From a virus (Duplodnaviria > Caudoviricetes), in IMG/VR virus record IMGVR_UViG_3300046001_004574, positions 1 through 27,364 of that record: DNA of 27,364 bases; one strand, given 5' to 3'. Shown here in pieces: positions 7,655-16,115 of this stretch; the stretch's first letter is position 1; each line of letters opens with the position of its first letter. Below the pieces are notes generated by a model. The model made no database searches and was not told the origin of the DNA. It saw nothing but the letters and a program-made list of their open reading frames with translations. Both the position numbers and the translations under genes were made by a program.

Positions 7655-7884
7655 AATACCTTACATTTTAAAACATATCGTACCCTTTGTATAACTATTG
7701 AAAAATTGACCGCAAAATCTGTTTTTTCAATGGTTAGTTAGGTGCGATATGTTCTACATAATTCACTTGTCACCTTGTATCAGTTATAAATATTTTTAGT
7801 TTTTGCGGACTGAATATTTAATAACTTTTGTGACAAGTGCTAACCAACTAAAAAAGCAGGGATTTTGCGTTCCTGCTTTTGTTG
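7655..7884 (+). ncRNA. candidate structured ncRNA: three hairpins with complementary loops
   Basis: Stems 7672-7684/7741-7753 and 7692-7705/7723-7736; 7764-7773/7830-7839 and 7782-7800/7809-7826; 7852-7862/7870-7880. G-U wobbles favour the plus strand. Ends are inferred. Confidence 0.6.
7850..7880. terminator. bidirectional intrinsic terminator (also hairpin 3 of the RNA candidate)
   Basis: AAAAAAGCAGG-N11-CCTGCTTTT; six U on the minus strand, just after the stop of 7893..8264. Confidence 0.75.
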
Positions 7885-7892
7885 AATTATCT

Positions 7893-8264
7893 TTATAAAA
7901 AATTTGACCGCCGACTTGGCGATAAAGTTTTTACTTTTCTTATTTTTATATCTTCATATCCGTATTTTTTTAAAATCTCCTCTAAGGTTTTACAACCTTT
8001 TAAATCAGGCGTTTTATTCAATAATTTTATTGCTTCTTTGTGTGTTTTAAAACTTATTTTTTGAACTTTAAACGCATCAATAGCGTCTTTCATGTCATAA
8101 AAATTATGCTCAAATTGGTGTTTATTATGCTTAAATTGGACAACAATTTTAGTCCATTTATGCCTTGTTTTATTAACTTCTTTAAATAAGACTTTTCTTC
8201 CACATATACACATTTCATTTGTTTCTTTGCACTTTTTACAAGTTTCGTCCCAATAATCAATCAT
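7893..8264 (-). CDS. hypothetical basic protein with an N-terminal Cys cluster
   Basis: 123 aa, 'CKKCKETNEMCIC'; GGAG SD and ATGA overlap with the upstream HTH gene. Confidence 0.7.
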   Translation of the reverse strand: MIDYWDETCKKCKETNEMCICGRKVLFKEVNKTRHKWTKIVVQFKHNKHQFEHNFYDMKDAIDAFKVQKISFKTHKEAIKLLNKTPDLKGCKTLEEILKKYGYEDIKIRKVKTLSPSRRSNFL

Positions 8265-8452
8265 TTCATTTCTCCAGTGATTTTTTGATAATATTCTGTT
8301 AATTTTTTCACGTCAGAATTACTCCGATGTGGCTTTGTGCGTCCAGTTACCCAGTTGCACAGTTGCATTTTAGGTATGCCAGTATCGCAAGCGATGCGAT
8401 ACCGTGTGATGCCTAGTGATTCTAGTGCTTGGATTGTGGCTTGTGCGGTCAT
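8261..8452 (-). CDS. small Cro/XRE-like HTH protein
   Basis: 'GITRYRIACDTGIPKMQLCNWVTGRTKP' HTH pattern; consensus promoter upstream. Confidence 0.8.
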   Translation of the reverse strand: MTAQATIQALESLGITRYRIACDTGIPKMQLCNWVTGRTKPHRSNSDVKKLTEYYQKITGEMK

Positions 8453-8498
8453 TTTAGTCTATCCATATTGTCGTCCGCTTGATTGCGTTTTTGTGATG

Positions 8499-8527
8499 AT
8501 TATAGTATAACTTTATACTAAAGTCAA
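8499..8527 (-). promoter_or_regulatory. sigma70 promoter with an operator palindrome
   Basis: TTGACT-17 nt-TATAAT on the minus strand; perfect inverted repeat TAGTATAA-CT-TTATACTA at 8503-8520. Confidence 0.8.
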
Positions 8528-8589
8528 CTTCTGTTTTGCATTTTTTTTATTTTATTTGCATTTATTTTTTTATGTGGTATTTTTAGAGC

Positions 8590-8961
8590 ATGACAAGACA
8601 ATCAGATTATAAACCAGAATATGATGCACAGGTCATTGAGTGGCTTGCAGAGGGTAAGACGCTTGTTAATTTTGCTAAAAGTATTGGGGTTAATAACAGT
8701 ACAGTGTGGCGGTGGTCTAAAGAAGAGTCATCTTTTTGCAATGCTATAAAAGAAGGTCGTGACATTGCGAAAGATGTTCATTCTGAGCAATTTCTTGTTG
8801 ATAATTTAGAAAATCAAAAACTAAACAACGTTGTTACTGTTTTATACTGTCGCAATGTTCTGGGTATAAAAACCAAAGATGATTCAAATTTAGAAGACTT
8901 AACCAAAGCGTTAAATTCATTGACAATCACAAGAAAAATCATAGATGACAAGCCAGAATGA
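8590..8961 (+). CDS. terS: terminase small subunit
   Basis: 'RQSDYKPEY...LAEGKTLVNFAKSIGVNNSTVWRW...FCNAIKEGR' HTH; overlaps terL. Confidence 0.8.
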   Translation: MTRQSDYKPEYDAQVIEWLAEGKTLVNFAKSIGVNNSTVWRWSKEESSFCNAIKEGRDIAKDVHSEQFLVDNLENQKLNNVVTVLYCRNVLGIKTKDDSNLEDLTKALNSLTITRKIIDDKPE

Positions 8962-10171
8962 ATCGATTGTTGAAACGCCTCGTTGGTTCGTTCCATTCTT
9001 AAAACCAAAGATGTTTAAAGGCATTGCTGGAGGAAGGGGCAGTGGAAAATCACATACGGTAGGCGAACGAATGGCTGAATTGGTTGTGGCTGAAAAATGT
9101 GACCTTGTCTGTATTCGTGAAAAACAAAAATCACTTCAATTTTCTGCTAAAAAACTAATTGAATCAAAGATTAATAAACTTGGATTGCGTGAATTTTTTT
9201 ATGTGCAAGATAAGCTAATTAAAACAGTTTTTGGCAATGTTATCATATTTGAGGGTATGGCAAACCATACGAGCGACTCAATAAAATCACTTGAAAATTT
9301 TAAATATGGTTGGGTAGAAGAAGCACAAAATCTATCGCAAAAATCACTAGATTTATTATTGCCGACAATGCGTGCAAAAGATGCTGAAATATGGTTTACA
9401 TGGAATCCTAAGGATAAAAAAGACCCTGTGGATAAAATGTTTGTTGAAAACTTTGATGAAAAAATAATGACCTTTGCTCATGTCAATTATGATAGCAATC
9501 CGTGGTTTCCTGATACACTTAAAGTTCAAATGGAATATATGCGTACTCGTGACCCTGAAAAATACGCTCATATATGGCTTGGACAATATTGGAATAATAC
9601 AGAATCGCTTGTCTTTAAAAACTGGACGATTGATGAATTTGAAGCACCTCAAGACGCAATGTTTAGGCTTGGTGCTGATTGGGGATTCAGTATTGACCCT
9701 ACTGTTGCTATACGATGTTATATTAATGGTAAAACGCTATATATTGATTACGAAGCTTATCGAATAGGGTGCGAAATAACTGATATTCCTGAATTATTTA
9801 TGACCATTCCACAAGCTGAAAAATGGAATATGTGTGCTGATTCCGCACGACCCGAAACAATTTCTTATTTAAATAAACACGGATTCCCTAAGATAATTCA
9901 TTCTAAAAAAGGTGCAGGCTCAATAGAGGACGGAATCGCATGGCTTCAATCTTATAATATTGTTGTTCACCCTCGATGTGTAAAAACGATTGAAGAGTTA
10001 TCGACTTATTCATACAAAGAAGACAAGATGACAGGTGAAACATTGCCAATTCTTGACGATAAGAATAATCACGTCATTGACGCTTTACGTTACGCAACAG
10101 AAGCGTTAAGGCGTGCTGAAAAAACACAAGAAATAAACATATCAATCCCCCCTTTAAATACCCACTGGTGA
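8945..10171 (+). CDS. terL: terminase large subunit (PBSX/Sf6-like family)
   Basis: GGRGSGKS, 'WVEEAQ', 'TWNP', 'GADWGFSIDP', 'ADSARPETI', 'NNHVIDALRYA'. Confidence 0.96.
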   Translation: MTSQNESIVETPRWFVPFLKPKMFKGIAGGRGSGKSHTVGERMAELVVAEKCDLVCIREKQKSLQFSAKKLIESKINKLGLREFFYVQDKLIKTVFGNVIIFEGMANHTSDSIKSLENFKYGWVEEAQNLSQKSLDLLLPTMRAKDAEIWFTWNPKDKKDPVDKMFVENFDEKIMTFAHVNYDSNPWFPDTLKVQMEYMRTRDPEKYAHIWLGQYWNNTESLVFKNWTIDEFEAPQDAMFRLGADWGFSIDPTVAIRCYINGKTLYIDYEAYRIGCEITDIPELFMTIPQAEKWNMCADSARPETISYLNKHGFPKIIHSKKGAGSIEDGIAWLQSYNIVVHPRCVKTIEELSTYSYKEDKMTGETLPILDDKNNHVIDALRYATEALRRAEKTQEINISIPPLNTHW

Positions 10172-10175
10172 CATT

Positions 10176-12269
10176 ATGACAGACGATAAAAACAAACAGA
10201 TTTTAAGATATTTTACAAATTCAGAGTCAATAACTCGTGACGTGAGAGAGCAGTCGCTAGAAGATAGAAAATTCGCCTCTATCGCAGGTGGAATGTGGGG
10301 TGATAAATATCTTGCTGACTGGACAAATGCCCCTAAAATGGAGGTCAATAAAGTTAATCTTGCGATTGTTCGCATCATAAACGAGTATCGAAGCAATCGA
10401 ATAACAGTTGATTTTCATAATAAATTTGGCGAAAAAAATGATATTGCAAGCGTTCTTGACGGCAAATTTAGGGCAACAGAACAAGATAGCAACGCCGAAG
10501 AGGCTTATGATAATTGTTTCGGCGAGGGCATAAGTGGTGGCTTTGGTGCAGTCCGATTAGTAACGTGCTATGAAGACGAAGAGTACGAAGACGATTATGA
10601 AGACGAGGGTGACGAATTAGACGAACCTGCTCAGACAATCCGAATAGAACCGATATTCGACGCTGATTGCAGTGTATTTTTTGACGCACACGCAAAAAAG
10701 CAAGACAAAAGCGATGCACGTCATGTATTTGTTGCTTATGAAATGTCAAAGGAAGATTTTATTGACAAATATGGCACTGAAAAAATGGCTGATTTTGATG
10801 TCTATATACCGATAACAGGGGCGTTTGATTGGGTCACTGGCACTGATAAAGATGTCATTAAGGTTGCTGAATATTACGAAAAAGAAAAGGTAAAAAAGAA
10901 TTTTGCTAAGTTTTACAATGCTAATTTATTTAATGTCGCAGGTGGTAAAAAAGAAACAAAAGAGATTGACTTAGACGATGATGATGCAAAAGAATTAATC
11001 GCTGAATTAAAGTTAAAAGGTTGGAAAAAAGAAAAAGAACGCAAGAAAACAGTTACAAAAATCAGAAAATATATTGTTTCTGGTTGCGGTATTGTAGAGG
11101 ATTGTGGGTATATTGCAGGTAATTGCTTGCCAATTATTCCTTTTTACGCAACGCATTTTTATATTGGTGGCAAAGAATATTATCATGGTCATGTACGCTT
11201 TGTTAAAGATGTATCACGGCTTAAAAACACAATTCTAAGTATGCTTGCGAAGTTCGCTTCTAATTCATCAACGGAACTTCCGATATTTCACGCAGAACAG
11301 ATGCCCCCTACTATTGCTCAAATGTGGGCTGATAAGGACGTTAAGAATTATCCGTATCTTTTGGTTAATTCTATTCAAAATGCGAATGGTCAAAGCAATG
11401 TTGTATCGGGTCCGCTAGGTTATACTAAGGTTGCTGATTTACCGCCTGTTTTAGCAGCACTCATACAACAGACAGACGCTGACATATCCGAGTTATTGGG
11501 CAATCAAGAACAGGGTGACAAAATAGCGTCTAACATATCCGATGAAGCTATTGAAAGCGTACAAGAACGATTAGAGAAACAAGCATATATCTTTGTTACG
11601 AACTTTGCAAAGATGCTAAGACGACTTGGCAAGGTATGGCTTGGCATGGCTAAAGAGATATATGTAGAGGATAACCGAGAAGTTAAGGTTGTCGATATAA
11701 TAGGCAATGCGTCAAAGGCAGTCCTTAATCAAAACGTGATTGATAAAGGCATTATTAACGATATGTCAAAAGCTAATTTAGAAGTTGTTGTCGATATTGG
11801 TGCTTCTAGTTCTACACGTTCCGAGAAAAATACTAAAAAACTTATGGCATTGTTGCCATTCATTCAAGACCCTGATTCAGTTCAAAATATCACTGATTTA
11901 ATCATTATGAACATGGACTTTGAAGGACAATCAGACATTAAAAAATACTATCGCAATCGCCTTGTAACAAAAGGATTAATTGAACCGAACGAAGAAGAAA
12001 AACAGGCATTACTTGAACAGCAAAAGCAAGAGCAACAACCAGACCCACAATCGCTTTATCTGTTGGCAAGTGCTGATAAGTTAAAAGCAGATACTCAAAA
12101 AATTGCTTCTGATGTTGTGTTAAATCAAGCCAAAACTGATTTAACAAAAGCAGACACAATCAAGACACTACAAGAGGCAGGGCAACCGATACCGCAAGAG
12201 CAAACGCAACAACCGCAACCAATACCGCAAGAATTACCGCCTGAACAATTTACTTTACAACAACCATAA
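10176..12269 (+). CDS. portal protein, P22 gp1-like
   Basis: 697 aa directly after terL; 'EVNKV...IINEYRSNRI', 'AYDNCF.EGISGGFG', 'FFD..AKKQDKSDA', 'LPIIPFY'; Q-rich helical C-terminus. Confidence 0.92.
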   Translation: MTDDKNKQILRYFTNSESITRDVREQSLEDRKFASIAGGMWGDKYLADWTNAPKMEVNKVNLAIVRIINEYRSNRITVDFHNKFGEKNDIASVLDGKFRATEQDSNAEEAYDNCFGEGISGGFGAVRLVTCYEDEEYEDDYEDEGDELDEPAQTIRIEPIFDADCSVFFDAHAKKQDKSDARHVFVAYEMSKEDFIDKYGTEKMADFDVYIPITGAFDWVTGTDKDVIKVAEYYEKEKVKKNFAKFYNANLFNVAGGKKETKEIDLDDDDAKELIAELKLKGWKKEKERKKTVTKIRKYIVSGCGIVEDCGYIAGNCLPIIPFYATHFYIGGKEYYHGHVRFVKDVSRLKNTILSMLAKFASNSSTELPIFHAEQMPPTIAQMWADKDVKNYPYLLVNSIQNANGQSNVVSGPLGYTKVADLPPVLAALIQQTDADISELLGNQEQGDKIASNISDEAIESVQERLEKQAYIFVTNFAKMLRRLGKVWLGMAKEIYVEDNREVKVVDIIGNASKAVLNQNVIDKGIINDMSKANLEVVVDIGASSSTRSEKNTKKLMALLPFIQDPDSVQNITDLIIMNMDFEGQSDIKKYYRNRLVTKGLIEPNEEEKQALLEQQKQEQQPDPQSLYLLASADKLKADTQKIASDVVLNQAKTDLTKADTIKTLQEAGQPIPQEQTQQPQPIPQELPPEQFTLQQP

Positions 12270-12280
12270 AAGAGGTTAAT

Positions 12281-13222
12281 ATGACAATTGAAGTTGATGC
12301 TAGCGTGCATAATTCCGCTACAGACGATATTCAAGATGCAATCCAGTCCGAAGATGTGACTGTGGGGCAAGATGCCAATAATGACGATGCTGACGATGTA
12401 GAAGTATCAGAAATCACTTTTGACGGCGAATCGTTAAATGATGAAGATGATAGCGAAACAGATAGCGTAGCAAGTGACGATGACAATGAAGATGATAGCG
12501 ATATACCGCCAGAATCTGAAAACGATGAACCACTTGTAAAAAAATTACGCAGAGTCGCATTTGCCAGAATTAAGCAGTTGCAAAAAGCAAAATATGAAAT
12601 CAAACAACTCAAAAAACAATCCGCTATACAGACTACCCCACAACCACAGACTATACAAATATCCGAACCTGTTTTGCCAATTTTAGCAGAATTTGATTAT
12701 GATGATGATAAATATCAACACGCAATCAAGAAGTACGCCGATGATGTGGTAAAATATAACGAGAGCCTAAAAACAGTTAATGCACAGAAAGAAGCTGAAA
12801 TAAAAGCAGTTGCTGACTTGCAAAAAGCGTACATAGAGCAGAAAAACGCTTTAAATATTAAAGGTTTTGATGCTTTAGAACAGACTGTTGTAAATGCCCT
12901 CGATATACCAAAACAGCGAATGATTTTGAGGTCTGAAAAGCCTGCTTTAGTGGTTTTAGCACTGGCTAAAAATCCACAAATATTAAGCGAGTTGGTGGGG
13001 TTAAGCGATACAGACTTTGCTTATAAAATAGCAAAGATTGAAAACAAATTACAGGTGAATGTGGTGAAAAAGCCAAAAACCAAACCAGAGAAACTATTAA
13101 CGAATACCAAGACAGGCACAACCGATGCGAAAACCACGCTAGAAGCACTTGAAAAAGAGGCTATGGCAACTGGTGACCGTTCAAAAGTGTATGCCTTTAA
13201 GAAACAACAGAAAAAAGGATAA
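12281..13222 (+). CDS. scaffolding protein
   Basis: Between portal and coat; acidic N-terminus, 'P.LAEFDYDDDKY', coiled coil, C-terminal 'LEKEAMATGDRSKVYAFKK'; GAGG SD. Confidence 0.8.
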   Translation: MTIEVDASVHNSATDDIQDAIQSEDVTVGQDANNDDADDVEVSEITFDGESLNDEDDSETDSVASDDDNEDDSDIPPESENDEPLVKKLRRVAFARIKQLQKAKYEIKQLKKQSAIQTTPQPQTIQISEPVLPILAEFDYDDDKYQHAIKKYADDVVKYNESLKTVNAQKEAEIKAVADLQKAYIEQKNALNIKGFDALEQTVVNALDIPKQRMILRSEKPALVVLALAKNPQILSELVGLSDTDFAYKIAKIENKLQVNVVKKPKTKPEKLLTNTKTGTTDAKTTLEALEKEAMATGDRSKVYAFKKQQKKG

Positions 13223-13225
13223 ACG

Positions 13226-14509
13226 ATGTCTAATACTTGGACAAAAGATGAGATAACTTTACATGATAAAGTTATCGAAGCGTTTGAAGACCAGTTGGTT
13301 ATGTCTGAAAACGTAAAGATTGATTCAACATTTACAGCAGACCCTACACTAGAGGCTGATACTAATAAGGTATTTTGGAGACCACAACCACTTATCGAGA
13401 TTGCTTCTGACGGTTCTGATATTACAGGTCTTATTTCAGAAACAAACCAACTTGCAGTTCCTGCAAATATTGGATTTCGTAAAAATGTCCCAAAAATCAT
13501 GGACGAAAACGATATTAAGCGTGGTACGAGAGAGACTAGCGTTGCTGAAGCTGCAATGATTGCTTTAGCGTCACAAATTAATATTGATGTCGCAACCCTT
13601 ATTTGTTATCAAGGGTCAAACTTTGTTAAACGTACTGTTTCGGCTACTGGTTTTGATGATGTCGCTGAAATTGACAATATGTTAAATTCAATCGGCGTAC
13701 CTATGGACGGACGTTATTTAGCGTTATCCAGTGCCAACTATAACAAAATGGCTTCTAACTTAGCCGCACGTCAAACAATGAATGAGATGCCAACAAAGGC
13801 GTATAAAAAGGCTTATGTTGGTGAAGTTTGCAATTTTGAAACATTCAAACTTGACTGGTCTTTATCGTTGACAGCGTCAACAGCTTCATCTGTGACAGTT
13901 AATGGTGCTAATCAATCTTACACACCTGTTTCAGATGAAACAACGCTTGTGGGGGTTATTAAAAAAGATAATCGCTTTCAAACAATCAATCTTACGGTTG
14001 GTTCTGGCGTTCTTAAGGCAGGCGATTCTATCACATTTGCAGGTGTTAATAGCGTGCATATGCAAACCAAAGGCGATACTGGCAATCCTAAAACATTCCG
14101 TATTATCTCTGCTCCTGCAGGTGGTGGTACTGGTGCTTATGTTATTGCTCCCCCTATTATTTCTAACGGCACTGGCGGTGGTGTTGTTTCGGACGCAGGT
14201 GCTAGATATAGAAATGTAACAGCGACTCCTGCAAATGGTGCAGCCGTAACAATTTTAAACACTGCAACAAAATCAATCAATCCTTTCTGGTTAAAAAATT
14301 CTATTGAATTGATTGCCTCAAAAGTTGCATTGCCAAAAGACGCAGGTGTTAGTGTTGTAAGTACCACGCTTAAAAACGGTTTGGCGGTTACAATGAGTAA
14401 GCAAGCAGATATTAAAACATATAAAACCATTTATCGTTGGGACACAGCTTACGGTATTGTAAACTTAAATCCTGAAATGAATGGCATTATATTATTTGAC
14501 CAGTCTTAA
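13226..14509 (+). CDS. major capsid protein, P22 coat family
   Basis: 427 aa; 'FWRPQP', 'LASQINIDVA', 'LKAGDSITFAGVNSVH', 'YRWDTAYG...NPEMNGI'; includes an I-domain-like insertion; AAGGA SD. Confidence 0.92.
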   Translation: MSNTWTKDEITLHDKVIEAFEDQLVMSENVKIDSTFTADPTLEADTNKVFWRPQPLIEIASDGSDITGLISETNQLAVPANIGFRKNVPKIMDENDIKRGTRETSVAEAAMIALASQINIDVATLICYQGSNFVKRTVSATGFDDVAEIDNMLNSIGVPMDGRYLALSSANYNKMASNLAARQTMNEMPTKAYKKAYVGEVCNFETFKLDWSLSLTASTASSVTVNGANQSYTPVSDETTLVGVIKKDNRFQTINLTVGSGVLKAGDSITFAGVNSVHMQTKGDTGNPKTFRIISAPAGGGTGAYVIAPPIISNGTGGGVVSDAGARYRNVTATPANGAAVTILNTATKSINPFWLKNSIELIASKVALPKDAGVSVVSTTLKNGLAVTMSKQADIKTYKTIYRWDTAYGIVNLNPEMNGIILFDQS

Positions 14510-14534
14510 TTTATAAACAAAAGGATTTTTATAT

Positions 14535-15425
14535 ATGTCTACACAATTAATCGTTGCTCCTTTTGGTACGCAATTAGTAGATGTTGCTATTGGCTCACGT
14601 ATTGCCATTGCAACATATGGTGAGAGTAAAGCGTCTATTGATATTGCTGACGGTGTTAATCCAACTATTAGCATACGCAATTTCACGCCTTTATCACAAT
14701 TATCAAATAATGAAATTGTTTTGGGTACTTACATAACCGCTAAAACATTTCAGATAACAGCAGGTGCTGACCCTGTATATTACGCAGTAGGAACAGCTCC
14801 TTTTGCGATTGCTCCACAGCGTTATCGCATGAATACGCATCGTCTCTTTGAAGACTTTGATATGTATGTTGCAAACGATTATACAATTACGAATGCGGCA
14901 ACAGGTACAATCGCATTGACTGATGTTGATGGTGGTGCATTGCTTTTGACAAATAATACATCAGACGACAATGCTATCTTTATGCAGAAAAAAGGTGAGT
15001 CATTCCGCTTTGCAACTGGTAAAGAATTATGGTTCGCAACACGCTTTAAAGTATCTGATGCGACACAATCTGATGTTGTTATTGGTTTACAGATTACAGA
15101 TACATCACCGCTTGATGTTACTGACGGCGTGTTTTTCTTAAAGGCTGACGGCTCAACGACTGTCAATTTACTTGTAGAGAAAAACAACACGGCAACAACG
15201 ACAGCGATAACAACGCTTGCAGATGATACGTTTGTGACGCTTGCTTATCTGTATAATGGCGTTGACCGAATCGATGCTTATGTCAATGGCGTTTTCGTTG
15301 CATCTAGTGTTGTGACTAATTTACCTGATGATGAGGATTTAACAATATCATTCGGTATTCAAAACGGTGAAGCCGCCGCTAAAACAATGACGATTGATTT
15401 CTATGAAGCAGAAAAGGCTCGTTAA
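14535..15425 (+). CDS. putative capsid decoration/cement protein with a C-terminal beta-sandwich (ConA/LamG-like) domain
   Basis: Immediately after coat; beta-rich; C-terminal 'FVTLAYLYNG...YVNGV...TMTIDF' pattern. Confidence 0.5.
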   Translation: MSTQLIVAPFGTQLVDVAIGSRIAIATYGESKASIDIADGVNPTISIRNFTPLSQLSNNEIVLGTYITAKTFQITAGADPVYYAVGTAPFAIAPQRYRMNTHRLFEDFDMYVANDYTITNAATGTIALTDVDGGALLLTNNTSDDNAIFMQKKGESFRFATGKELWFATRFKVSDATQSDVVIGLQITDTSPLDVTDGVFFLKADGSTTVNLLVEKNNTATTTAITTLADDTFVTLAYLYNGVDRIDAYVNGVFVASSVVTNLPDDEDLTISFGIQNGEAAAKTMTIDFYEAEKAR

Positions 15426-15685
15426 TGTCAACAATGCTTTACAGGTACAATCCTAAAGGTGAGACTATCGTGCAAGTCGATAGTCCTACTGATTATCACA
15501 ATTTTGACGTATTAATTACGTCAAATATTGGCACAGCGTTAAATGAGGGTTGGTTTCTAACGGCAAAAGAGGCTCAAAATGCGTATCAATCAGTTTCTGA
15601 AATTGTTGATGATAAACCGTTACCGATTGAAAAAACACAAGAAGTAATAGTTAAACCAAAAGGTAAATCAAGAAAAAATGTCTGA
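15425..15685 (+). CDS. small hypothetical protein of the head-tail region
   Basis: 'MSTMLYR...ALNEGWFLT..EA' with a basic tail; coupled to both neighbours. Confidence 0.7.
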   Translation: MSTMLYRYNPKGETIVQVDSPTDYHNFDVLITSNIGTALNEGWFLTAKEAQNAYQSVSEIVDDKPLPIEKTQEVIVKPKGKSRKNV

Positions 15686-16115
15686 TACAAAAAAGCAAAT
15701 TATTTTAGACGCTTATGCAAGTTTTGGCTATGTCGATTATTTTTATAATGCAGACGCTGAACAAAACGATTTTGCATTGAGAATCCTAAATAGAATGCTC
15801 GCAGGTTGGGAAACTAAAGGAATTTCTATTGGATATAACTATGGTGGTGATATTCAAGATGATTCTGGTGTTCCTGACTATGCTTCTGACGCAGTGGTCG
15901 CTAATCTTGCGGTTTCACTTGCAGGTAACGTAGGAAAACAGCTATCACAAGACGCTAAGCAAAACGCAATAAACACATTTAATAATCTATTTACAATGTT
16001 TTTAAATGTGCCAATAATGCCTACAAATCCATTGATGCCAGCAGGGCAAGGACGCAGAGTCTATAGCACTGACGCATCTAATTTTTTGAATCGTTGGGGT
16101 CAAAATGTCGTGTAG
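15678..16115 (+). CDS. head-tail adaptor, P22 gp4-like
   Basis: 'ALRILNRMLAGWE..GI.IGY', 'DSGVPD.A.DAV.ANLA', 'MPAGQG'; size and position fit. Confidence 0.85.
   Translation: MSDTKKQIILDAYASFGYVDYFYNADAEQNDFALRILNRMLAGWETKGISIGYNYGGDIQDDSGVPDYASDAVVANLAVSLAGNVGKQLSQDAKQNAINTFNNLFTMFLNVPIMPTNPLMPAGQGRRVYSTDASNFLNRWGQNVV

Noticed and set aside
7655-7884. Retron msr/msd, tRNA or transposon-end explanation for the hairpins
   Set aside because: No reverse transcriptase or transposase in the window, no flanking a1/a2 inverted repeat recognised and no cloverleaf.
7879-8064. 61-aa plus-strand hydrophobic ORF after the RNA
   Set aside because: TTG start within the terminator, no SD, antisense to a Lys-rich gene, which explains its Phe/Leu content.
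12183-12232. QPIPQE duplication at the portal C-terminus
   Set aside because: Low-complexity Q/P tails are ordinary for P22-like portals.
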